DNA of 64,000 bases, from assembly GCA_963702005.1 (NCBI GenBank), contig OY969696.1:2432001-2496000 (forward strand), in the 5' to 3' direction. Source of the DNA: Candidatus Aminicenantes bacterium (GTDB lineage: Bacteria; Acidobacteriota; Aminicenantia; Aminicenantales; JAFGBC01). The translations under genes and the position numbers were made by a program. The notes under the pieces were generated by a model, which saw only the letters and a program-made list of their open reading frames with translations, was not told the DNA's origin and did no database searches. Shown one piece after another: positions 1-8,525 of this stretch (position 1 is its first letter; each line of letters starts with the position of its first letter).

Positions 1-1025
1 ATGTTCTTGTGGAATTCCGCGTTGAAGCGATCCAGGAAGTGACGGATGAGATGGCGGATGTCCTCGCGGCGTTCCCGGAGGGGCGGCAGGTGGATTTCGA
101 TCCGGTTGAGCCGGTGGAAGAGGTCCTCGCGCATGGCCTGGGTTCTGACGGCGTCCCGGAGATTGCGGTTGGTCGCGGCCACGACGCGGACGTCGGCCCG
201 CCGGACCTCGGTCGATCCCAGGGGACGGAACTGATGGTTCTCGAGGACGCGGAGGAGCTTGGCCTGGACGGGGAGGGGGACCTCGGCGATCTCGTCGAGG
301 AATATGGTCCCTTGGTGGGCTTCCTCGAAGAGCCCCCGCTTGTTGCGGTCGGCTCCGGTGAAGGCGCCCCGGATGTAGCCGAACAGTTCGGACTCGAATA
401 GGTTGTCGGGAATCGAGGCGCAGTCGCAGACGACGAGCGATTTATCCCGAAAGGGACTCAAATGGTGGAGGGCCCGCGCGACCATCTCCTTGCCTGTCCC
501 CGTCTCGCCCGTGACCAGGACGCTTGAATAATGGGGGGCGATGTTCTCGATCAGGGCGAAGACCTCGAGCAGGGCCGGATTCTTGCTGATCATTCCCTCG
601 AAGACGTATTTCTGCTCGAGTTCGCGCTCTAGCTTGAAGGTCTCCCTCTTGAGCGTTTTCTTGTCCTCGATCCGCTTCAGGATCCGGCCGATCGCCAGCC
701 AGTCCAAGGGCCGTTCCAGGACGTCGGTCGCGCCCTGCCGGATCAGGACCGAAGCCGGCTCGGACCCGGGAGCGGGCCCGACGATGATGACGTCGATCAG
801 GGGGTCGATTTTCTTGATTTCCCGGAGAAGCCTGACGGATCCCTTGGAGTCCTGTTCGATGTCCAGGATGACGAGGCGGACGCTCTCGGTCCGGATTAAG
901 GCCGTATAATCCTCGTCGGGGCGGCAGAAGGAGAGGCGGACCTCGGCGGGGAAGAATCCCGCATCGGGAGGGGCGGGGAGAGCGCTTCCCCCGCTTATGA
1001 CTAAGACGCTCAGAGACGCTCCCAT
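1..1025 (-). CDS. Sigma-54-dependent transcriptional activator (NtrC/AtoC-like), runs off the window start
   Basis: Not in the ORF track. Manual minus-strand translation from ATG 1025 gives a receiver-like N-terminus, then VLVTGETGTGKE (Walker A), FESELFG and GAFTGA. Confidence 0.9.
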   Translation of the reverse strand, partial: MGASLSVLVISGGSALPAPPDAGFFPAEVRLSFCRPDEDYTALIRTESVRLVILDIEQDSKGSVRLLREIKKIDPLIDVIIVGPAPGSEPASVLIRQGATDVLERPLDWLAIGRILKRIEDKKTLKRETFKLERELEQKYVFEGMISKNPALLEVFALIENIAPHYSSVLVTGETGTGKEMVARALHHLSPFRDKSLVVCDCASIPDNLFESELFGYIRGAFTGADRNKRGLFEEAHQGTIFLDEIAEVPLPVQAKLLRVLENHQFRPLGSTEVRRADVRVVAATNRNLRDAVRTQAMREDLFHRLNRIEIHLPPLRERREDIRHLIRHFLDRFNAEFHKN

Positions 1026-1041
1026 GGGCCGACCTGCCGGT

Positions 1042-1070
1042 ATCTTAGCAATTTCCCCGGGGTTTGACAA
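1042..1070 (-). promoter_or_regulatory. Putative sigma70 promoter of the sigma-54 activator gene
   Basis: TTGTCA-N17-TAAGAT on the minus strand. Confidence 0.45.
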
Positions 1071-1073
1071 ACG

Positions 1074-4000
1074 TCAAGGACGCTCCTTGCGGGCCGTCCG
1101 GGCGATGGTGCCGGGGCGGCTTCTCACGAACTGGATCCGGACCCGGCCCTGGACCTCCTCCTCGATCCGGCCGACCTCAAACTGTGCTTGGGCCAGATAT
1201 TTGAGATGGGCCCGAAGGTAGGCGAGGCCCTGTTCGCACAGCGAGCCGAGCCACTCGCCGCGGGCCGTTTCGTCCATGACTTCGGGCGTTTCCTCGGCGA
1301 AGGTCATCTGGCTTCGGAGCGTCAGCCGCGTTTCTTGGGGGGAGCGGCGCCGGGCATACAGGGCGAGGCCGTCGCCGAGCTCGAGGTCGGTCAGGGCGGG
1401 CTGCCAGCGGGCCGCCCAGCGCTCATAGCGGTCGTAAAATTTCTTGTTGGACTTTCGGGCTTGTTCGTTGCCCTGCATCTCCTCGATGATGAATCGTTTC
1501 AGGTCCTCCCCCGCCTCCTTCCATCGCCGGTAAACGGGCAGGCTGGGCGCCCGGAAGTAGGCGTGCCAGCCGCGCGGGATCCAGTAGTCGCGGAACAAGT
1601 AGGGAGCATAGTCCGAGAAAGGCTGGACCCATTCGTGCGAAGGGGAGCCGTGGAGGTTGAGATAAATGTCCGGAAGCCAGGTCTCGGCGAGCTTTTTGCG
1701 GACGGCCGCCTCGGGCGCGGTCGGCCGGTCCGCCGCCGCCGGGCCGCCGATCTCGAGACCCAGGGCGCCGTAGCGGCCGGCGTGAAGGCTGTGATAGGGC
1801 GTCAGCGCCTGGAGGGCGAAGGCCAGCTCGGCGCCGTCCGGATTCTCCATGGGCTCGATGACGATGTTCATCCGCTTGGGATAATCCTGATAGGCTTTGT
1901 CCCGGGCCAGGAGCTCGGCCAGTTTGAGCGAATAATTGGAAGAGGCGACCTCGTTGGCGTGCTGCCGTCCGCTGATCTGAAGCGTCGGCTTGAAGGTCAT
2001 CAGCCGGGGGACGGAAACATAGACGTCCCGGGGCGCCGTGATCTCCAGGACCGGGATGTCCCGGTCTTCATAGGAGCGGCCGCCCGAATAAGCTTTGATG
2101 TCCTTCAGCCGGCCGAGACGGCGGACGATAGCCCAGGTTTTTTCGTAGGATAAAATCTGATCGACGGGGACGATCGGCCCGGCCTCCTCGTTTTCCGGGA
2201 CGGCGCGCGCTTCGGGCGCCGGACCGGCGACGATCAAGATTTCATCTTTCTCCAGCTCTTTTGCTCTCAGCCGCAACGTCAGAGTTCGCAGGCCGGGATA
2301 GCCGAGCGAACGGACCAGAAGGCCCCGGTCGAGCAGGTCCCGGTAGGATTGAAGCCAGTCGATGAGCGTCAAATAATCGGCCTCGGACTCGCAGTCGAGG
2401 ACGGCCGTCAGGTTCTCGAGGCGGTTTTCCCGGCCGTCATAGATAAACGAAAGGAGCGGGCCCGGCTTGACCTTGAGGTTCGGCCAGGGGACGGTCTTGC
2501 TGACCTCGTCGCGTCCCTTTTCTTTCCAGCGGAGGATCAGCTGGGGGGCGGCGGCCGGCCAATCTTCGAAGGTCACCCGGACCCGGCCCGGCCGGCCCTC
2601 GAGCGAGGGATGGATGAGGGGGAGGACGTTTCCCGGCGCGGAGAAACGGGACGTGTCTTCCGGGAGGTCCTTGTCGTCCGGGTCGAAACGGGTGATTCCC
2701 CTCAGGAAATCCAACGTGTCGAAATAGATCTCGTCATGGATGGCTTCGAGGCTGCTGACCATCTCTTCGTCCAGCCCGATCCGCTCGTCCGGCTCGCTGA
2801 GCCAGAGTTCGACCTCGAGTTTTTTAAAAAAGGGCTGCTTGGAAAAGGTCGGTTCGCTCCCCGTTTTTTTGAAGACGTGATTATAGACGAGCGGCAGAAC
2901 TTCGGACTGGTAGAAATCCCAGAAGGTCTCGAGGTCGGTTGCGAGGGGGACATCGACGAGGACCCGGCCGCCCTTCAGGAGACGGACCCAGCCGGTCGTC
3001 GTCCGGACCGTTCCCCATTCGGGCAGAATGGCGAGGAAGGGGATGTCCTTAGTTCGGGGCGAAAAGGCTTGTTCGAAGAGGACGGCGCTCCGGTCGTCGA
3101 GGGCGACGGCCCGATAGACGGGCGTCCCGGCCGGCGTCATCTCGAACTCGATCCGTTCCAGGGGGAGCCCGAGTTCGCGGGAGATGATTTCATCGGCCGG
3201 GTAGAGTTCCTGAAGCCAGCGCGACGGTTCGGCGTAGATGCGCTTGGGACGGCTGAAATCGTCCCGGTCCTGGGCCCAGTGGATGACCAGGCGATCCACC
3301 GGTTTCCCCTTGAGGGCGGGGAGGACCTTCTCGATGAGCCAGAAGAAGCCCTGCTTGTAGGCCGAGCAGACCTCGACTTCGGACCCGGGCCCGCCCGCCT
3401 TGGCGATGATGTCTTCAACTTGTTTTTTGAGCCTCTGGCGGACCGGGGACGATTCGCTCAGCCCCAGGCTGACCTTGAGGGGCGATCGGTCGTCGGGAGG
3501 GAGGGTGGCCAGAGAATCGCCGAGGATTTTGAGGGCGGCCTCGGCCTCCCAGGGGAGTTCTTTATCCTTGCTGAAAAGCGCCGTGCCCTCCTTGAGTATG
3601 ACCGAGGCGACCTGGATCGACCCAGCCTTGAGGGACGAGCTGAGCGACTTCTTGACCCAATCCTCGTAGTCCGGATTCTTGCTGGGAAGGACAAGCTCGA
3701 CCCGGACGGACTCCAAGTCCTTGTCGCGAAGGTCGGAAACGGCCTTGGCCAGAGCCCGATCCATGAAGGCCTCGGCGCTTCCGTTCTCGCCCTTGAGGAA
3801 TTTCTCCAGGCCGGCGGCGACATCGGCCAAGCCGGGAGCCCCGGCGCCGTATTCGGTGAAGTAGGGGAAGGTCTGGCCGAGGTAGGCGAGGGCCTTGTCG
3901 ACGGCCGCGTCATCGGCGCCCAGGACGGCGAGGGCGTTGGACTCTCCGAAGGCTTTGGGAACGACTTGGACGGAGGCCTGCGCGCTTTCGAGCGGAGGGA

Positions 4001-5225
4001 CCTTGAGTTTCGCGCTCCGGATGAGCTCTTGGCTTAGGCCGTTGAGTCCGATGAGTATGGGAGCCGCCAGGGCCTTCTTATGCTCGACCTCCCGGTCGAG
4101 CATAACCAGAGGAAAGGACGCGCCGGCCGTTTCGAGGACGAGCCGGGAGGCGAGCTGAGGCAGATTCCTCAGGCTCTGGGCGGATGGGACGACGATCGAC
4201 GTCTCGACGTCGTCCGGGACGGTGTCCTTGTCGACGTCGCCGTAGACGCCCCGGATCGAAAGAAGGGACAGCAGATCGAAGTCCTTGCCTTTGAGGTCCC
4301 GGCGCGGCGCTTCCTTGAATCCGGGGGTCAGGATCCGGCCCGGGACGCCCATCCTCGGCAGGTCGAGCGAAAGCGTTTTTTTCCCATAGCGCAGGTCGAA
4401 ACCGATCGTGGCGCAGCCGGGATAGCACAGGACGCCGGTCCGGACGCCCTTGGCCCTTTGATCGCGGAGAAGCTCCAAAGCCTTGAACGCCTTCTCCTGG
4501 TCCCCATCGTCCGTGAAATGGATCTCGACGTCGAGGCGCTTGATTCCGCCCGTTTGGAACAGGAATGTCTTGCCCAAATCGCCCGTGACCTCGCCCAGCG
4601 GGAATTCATACAACGCGGAGGCGATCACGGTTTTCTGGAGATGGATGCCCTCCTCTGCCAGAAAACGATCGATGTCTTTTTCGAGAGAAAAAAGGGTCGG
4701 ACCGTCCTCCCGTCCCCAAACGTCCCAGAAATAGGGCCAGCGCAAGAAGAAAGCGCGACCCGTCTGCAGAAGGGCTTCATCGGAGCCTCCGATGACGGCG
4801 ATCCCCCTCCGGCGGTTCTTGGACGCAAACACAAAGACCAAGCCCTGGATGGGGGTAAGCGCCGCGGCCGACGGCCGGGCGTCCTTGAGGATGTCCCTGA
4901 CGGCGGATGAGCCCGAGCCGATGATTATCAGATTCTCGAGGCCCTGGAACTTGCCCAGGTCCGATTCCCGTTTAACGAGCGTCAGGTCAACGGACAGGCT
5001 TTCCAGGTTGGCCCGGGCGGCGATATCCGAGGCCAAGGCCATTTGGGCGGCCGTCGGCTGATCGGGAACCACGATCTGGAGTGCGATCCGGTCGGGCCAT
5101 CCGTCGCCGTCCGTATCCTTGAGGCTCTTTCCGGACAGGAAGACATGAGAGAGGCTCGAGATCTCGGCGAACCCGAACTGGAGGGCGATCATAAACAGGA
5201 CTAGGGCAACCCCCGATTTTTTCAT
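1074..5225 (-). CDS. Large secreted M14 zinc carboxypeptidase-domain protein (1383 aa)
   Basis: Signal peptide; C-terminal M14 motifs GRSYEDRDI, GRQHANE (HxxE), NPDG, LNLHG. Confidence 0.8.
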   Translation of the reverse strand: MKKSGVALVLFMIALQFGFAEISSLSHVFLSGKSLKDTDGDGWPDRIALQIVVPDQPTAAQMALASDIAARANLESLSVDLTLVKRESDLGKFQGLENLIIIGSGSSAVRDILKDARPSAAALTPIQGLVFVFASKNRRRGIAVIGGSDEALLQTGRAFFLRWPYFWDVWGREDGPTLFSLEKDIDRFLAEEGIHLQKTVIASALYEFPLGEVTGDLGKTFLFQTGGIKRLDVEIHFTDDGDQEKAFKALELLRDQRAKGVRTGVLCYPGCATIGFDLRYGKKTLSLDLPRMGVPGRILTPGFKEAPRRDLKGKDFDLLSLLSIRGVYGDVDKDTVPDDVETSIVVPSAQSLRNLPQLASRLVLETAGASFPLVMLDREVEHKKALAAPILIGLNGLSQELIRSAKLKVPPLESAQASVQVVPKAFGESNALAVLGADDAAVDKALAYLGQTFPYFTEYGAGAPGLADVAAGLEKFLKGENGSAEAFMDRALAKAVSDLRDKDLESVRVELVLPSKNPDYEDWVKKSLSSSLKAGSIQVASVILKEGTALFSKDKELPWEAEAALKILGDSLATLPPDDRSPLKVSLGLSESSPVRQRLKKQVEDIIAKAGGPGSEVEVCSAYKQGFFWLIEKVLPALKGKPVDRLVIHWAQDRDDFSRPKRIYAEPSRWLQELYPADEIISRELGLPLERIEFEMTPAGTPVYRAVALDDRSAVLFEQAFSPRTKDIPFLAILPEWGTVRTTTGWVRLLKGGRVLVDVPLATDLETFWDFYQSEVLPLVYNHVFKKTGSEPTFSKQPFFKKLEVELWLSEPDERIGLDEEMVSSLEAIHDEIYFDTLDFLRGITRFDPDDKDLPEDTSRFSAPGNVLPLIHPSLEGRPGRVRVTFEDWPAAAPQLILRWKEKGRDEVSKTVPWPNLKVKPGPLLSFIYDGRENRLENLTAVLDCESEADYLTLIDWLQSYRDLLDRGLLVRSLGYPGLRTLTLRLRAKELEKDEILIVAGPAPEARAVPENEEAGPIVPVDQILSYEKTWAIVRRLGRLKDIKAYSGGRSYEDRDIPVLEITAPRDVYVSVPRLMTFKPTLQISGRQHANEVASSNYSLKLAELLARDKAYQDYPKRMNIVIEPMENPDGAELAFALQALTPYHSLHAGRYGALGLEIGGPAAADRPTAPEAAVRKKLAETWLPDIYLNLHGSPSHEWVQPFSDYAPYLFRDYWIPRGWHAYFRAPSLPVYRRWKEAGEDLKRFIIEEMQGNEQARKSNKKFYDRYERWAARWQPALTDLELGDGLALYARRRSPQETRLTLRSQMTFAEETPEVMDETARGEWLGSLCEQGLAYLRAHLKYLAQAQFEVGRIEEEVQGRVRIQFVRSRPGTIARTARKERP

Positions 5226-5276
5226 CTGTCAACTCCTCGAACGATGCGATTGTTCCGTCAAGGTATCATAAAAGCT

Positions 5277-6269
5277 TCATGAAAAGAGGCCGAGAAGACC
5301 CCCGGTGTGCCAGAAGAGCACATCATCTCCCCGGCCGAAGACGCCCCGGCGGGCATAATCAAGGAACGCGGCCGCGGCTTTGCTCGTGTAGACCGGATCG
5401 AGAAGAATGCCCTCCAGGCCGGCGAATAATCGGGCCGCCTCATCGGATTCCAGCGTGGGGATGCCGTAACCCCCTCCCCGGAAGCGGTCCTCCACTTCGA
5501 GCTCCGCGTCCGGGACCGAAATCTTCGAGCCCAGCCGGGCGAGAACGGGCCGGAGGACGGCGAGGGCGTTCGCCCGGACGGCGTCGGCGGGATCATCGGG
5601 GCTGACGCCGATGATCCGGAGCGAGGAGCGGCCGAAGAGACGCCGGCCCGCTTCGAGACCGGCCTGGGTTCCTCCCGACGAGCTGGCGATGACGACGGCG
5701 GCGAGCCGGATACCGGATTTTTGCGCCTGCCCGAGGAGTTCGCGAAAGGCGGTCACATAGCCCAGGGAACCGACCGCGTTCGAGGCGCCCAGGGGAATTC
5801 GGTAGACGCGGGCGCCCTTCGCTTCGAGTCCGGCGGCGACCTCCTCCATCCGGTCGGCCCGCTCCTCGCGGGAGCGGACGAGATGGATGTCCGCGCCCAG
5901 GCGCTCGGCGACGAGATAATTCCCCCGGGGCGGGAGCGGGGCCTCGCCGTTGAGGACGAGAATGCAGCGCAGCCCCAGCCGCCGGGCAACCATAGCGGTG
6001 ATCCGGGCATGGTTGGACTGGACCGAGCCGACCGTGATGACGGCGGCCGCCTTTCGACGGCGGGCGTCGGCCATGATGTATTCGAGCTTCCTGAGCTTGT
6101 TGCCGCCGCCCAAAAATCCCGGGTCGTCGTCCCGCTTGATAAAGAGGCGGGGCGCGAGGCCGAGGGTCCTCCGGAGCCGGCCGCATTCCTCGAACGGGGT
6201 CGGCAGGTTCGCCAAGAAAATCCTGGGAACGGATAGAAGACGCATCTCGGCGGTTTTAAGGGCGGTCAT
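5277..6269 (-). CDS. D-cysteine desulfhydrase / ACC deaminase family PLP enzyme
   Basis: PTP, IKRDD, GGNKLRKLEY, QSNHAR, SSGGTQAG, LDPVYTSKA, WHTGG. Confidence 0.9.
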   Translation of the reverse strand: MTALKTAEMRLLSVPRIFLANLPTPFEECGRLRRTLGLAPRLFIKRDDDPGFLGGGNKLRKLEYIMADARRRKAAAVITVGSVQSNHARITAMVARRLGLRCILVLNGEAPLPPRGNYLVAERLGADIHLVRSREERADRMEEVAAGLEAKGARVYRIPLGASNAVGSLGYVTAFRELLGQAQKSGIRLAAVVIASSSGGTQAGLEAGRRLFGRSSLRIIGVSPDDPADAVRANALAVLRPVLARLGSKISVPDAELEVEDRFRGGGYGIPTLESDEAARLFAGLEGILLDPVYTSKAAAAFLDYARRGVFGRGDDVLFWHTGGLLGLFS

Positions 6270-6325
6270 GACTTCACTTCATTTATACATTCACGGACTC
6301 GGCCAATTCAAGGTATAATTCGGCC

Positions 6326-8323
6326 ATGAGAAAAATAAAGATTATTTCTTTCCTTCTACTGGTGTCCGTGCTCGCCCTCCAGGCGTTGAGCGTCGGAGCG
6401 AACCCCGTCCGGGTTAAAACCTACAGCGTCTCCTCGCCCGACAACCGTCTCGTGTTCCGGTTCCTTGTCGCCGAAAACGTCCAGTACGCGGTCTCCTGGA
6501 ACGGGATCAAGATCATGGAATCCTCGGAGATAGCGATGGCCCTGGCCGATGGCCGGACGCTCGGCGCGAACCCCAAAGTCGCCGACGTCAAGCGCCGTTC
6601 GGTCCGGGAAACGATCAAGCCGCCCGTCGCCGAGAAGAGGTCGGTCATCGCGGATAACTTCGAGGAATTGACCCTCGTTTTCAAGGGCGATTACAGCCTG
6701 ACCGCCCGGGTCTATAACGACGGCGCCGCCTACCGCTTTGCGACGCGGCTCCCGGGCGAAATCAAAGTTGTCTCAGAGGAGGCAGTCTTCCGCTTCGGCG
6801 GCAACTATTACGCCTATATGCCCTTCACGCCGAGCCTCCACACATCATTCGAGTCCAATTACAGCCACCTGCCCCTGGACGAGGTCGGGGCGGGACGCTT
6901 CTGCTTCGCGCCCGTCCTGGTCGAGATCCCGGGAGGTCCCAAGGTCGCCGTCACCGATGCCGACCTCGAGGATTATCCGGGGATGTTCCTGACCGGAAAC
7001 GGAGAAGGCCGTCCCGAGCTCAGGGGCTTGTTCGCCCCCTATCCGCTCGAGGAGAAGCTTCGGGAGAAGAGCGACCGGGAGCTTCTCGTCACGCGAAGCG
7101 CCGACGCCATCGCCGTCACCCGGGGGACGCGGACGTTCCCCTGGCGGGTCATCGCCGTCGCCGAGAAGGACGGAGGGCTGATCGAGAGCGACCTCATCTA
7201 CCGGCTGGCCCGGCCCACGGTCCTCGCCGACACGGCGTGGATAAAACCCGGCAAGGTCGCCTGGGACTGGTGGAACGCCAACGGCCTGTTCGGCGTCGAC
7301 TTCAAGTCCGGGCTGAACACGGCGACCTACGAGCGCTATATCGACTTCGCCTCAAGCCACGGGATCGAGTACGTCATCCTGGACGAGGGATGGTCTTTGC
7401 CGGCCGACCTGTTCCAGATCAATCCCGAAATCGACATGGAGACCCTGCTCGGCTACGCCCGGGACCGAAACGTCGGGCTCATCCTGTGGTGCGTATGGCT
7501 GACCCTGGATCAGCAGCTCGACCGGGCCCTGGACCAATTCGGGAAATGGGGAGTCAAAGGGATCAAGGTCGATTTCATGGACCGGGACGATCAGAAGATG
7601 GTCCAATTCTATTGGCGGACGGCCGCCGCCGCGGCCGCAAAGCATCTTATCGTGGATTTCCACGGCGCCCACAAGCCGACCGGGCTGCGCCGGGCCTACC
7701 CCAACGTCCTGACCAAGGAAGGAGTGCTGGGGCTGGAATACAGCAAATGGAGCGACCGGGTCAGCCCCGAGCACGACCTCCTCATTCCGTTCATAAGGAT
7801 GTTCGCCGGCCCCATGGATTTCACCCCTGGCGCCATGATCAACGCCCAGAAGCAGGATTTCCGCGCCGTTTTCGAGACGCCGATGAGCCAGGGCACACGC
7901 TGTCATCAGCTGGCCATGTACGTCGTCTATGAAAGCCCGCTCCAGATGCTCTGCGATTCGCCCTCCCGCTACGAAAAGGAGAGCGAGGCCATGGAATTCC
8001 TCAGCCGGGTGCCGACGACTTGGGACGAGACAAGGGTTCTTGACGCCAAGGTCTCGGACTATGCGGTCGTCGCCCGGAGAAAGGGGGAGGACTGGTATCT
8101 AGGGGCCATGACGGACTGGACGGCCCGCAGCTTCGAGGTCAAGCTCGACTTCCTGGGCCCGGGAAGCTTCGACGCCCTTATTTTCAGGGACGGCGCCAAC
8201 GCCTCGCGTTTTGCCTCCGATTACAAGAAGGAAGCCGCTCGCGTTGCCCAAGGGGATGTCCTGAAGCTCGATCTCGCTCCGGGCGGCGGCTGGGCGGCAG
8301 TTCTGTCACACAAAAAAGACTGA
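6326..8323 (+). CDS. Glycoside hydrolase family 97
   Basis: Signal peptide; SPD, FPWRV, WIKPGKVAWDWW, GIKVDF, DFHG, GPMDFTPG, HQLAMYVV, WDET. Confidence 0.93.
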   Translation: MRKIKIISFLLLVSVLALQALSVGANPVRVKTYSVSSPDNRLVFRFLVAENVQYAVSWNGIKIMESSEIAMALADGRTLGANPKVADVKRRSVRETIKPPVAEKRSVIADNFEELTLVFKGDYSLTARVYNDGAAYRFATRLPGEIKVVSEEAVFRFGGNYYAYMPFTPSLHTSFESNYSHLPLDEVGAGRFCFAPVLVEIPGGPKVAVTDADLEDYPGMFLTGNGEGRPELRGLFAPYPLEEKLREKSDRELLVTRSADAIAVTRGTRTFPWRVIAVAEKDGGLIESDLIYRLARPTVLADTAWIKPGKVAWDWWNANGLFGVDFKSGLNTATYERYIDFASSHGIEYVILDEGWSLPADLFQINPEIDMETLLGYARDRNVGLILWCVWLTLDQQLDRALDQFGKWGVKGIKVDFMDRDDQKMVQFYWRTAAAAAAKHLIVDFHGAHKPTGLRRAYPNVLTKEGVLGLEYSKWSDRVSPEHDLLIPFIRMFAGPMDFTPGAMINAQKQDFRAVFETPMSQGTRCHQLAMYVVYESPLQMLCDSPSRYEKESEAMEFLSRVPTTWDETRVLDAKVSDYAVVARRKGEDWYLGAMTDWTARSFEVKLDFLGPGSFDALIFRDGANASRFASDYKKEAARVAQGDVLKLDLAPGGGWAAVLSHKKD

Positions 8324-8328
8324 GGACG

Positions 8329-8462
8329 TTGACAAGGGGGGGCGTTTCCTGTATCGTAAAGCCTCGCAATAAAGGCGTGCCCACAATAAGTTGTATGATA
8401 TTCGGCTTAATACCATATATTGAATATTTTGCTTGACAAACAGCCTTAGATTAGCATAAAAT
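8329..8462 (+). promoter_or_regulatory. Tandem putative sigma70 promoters upstream of the SpoIID/LytB gene
   Basis: TTGACA-N17-TATCGT (8329-8357) and TTGACA-N18-TAAAAT (8433-8462) in an AT-rich spacer. Confidence 0.55.
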
Positions 8463-8525
8463 AAGTCCAGCACCAAGGCAGAAAAGGGCAAATCTTAAGC
8501 TTAGCAAGCTTTAAAACAAGCTAAA

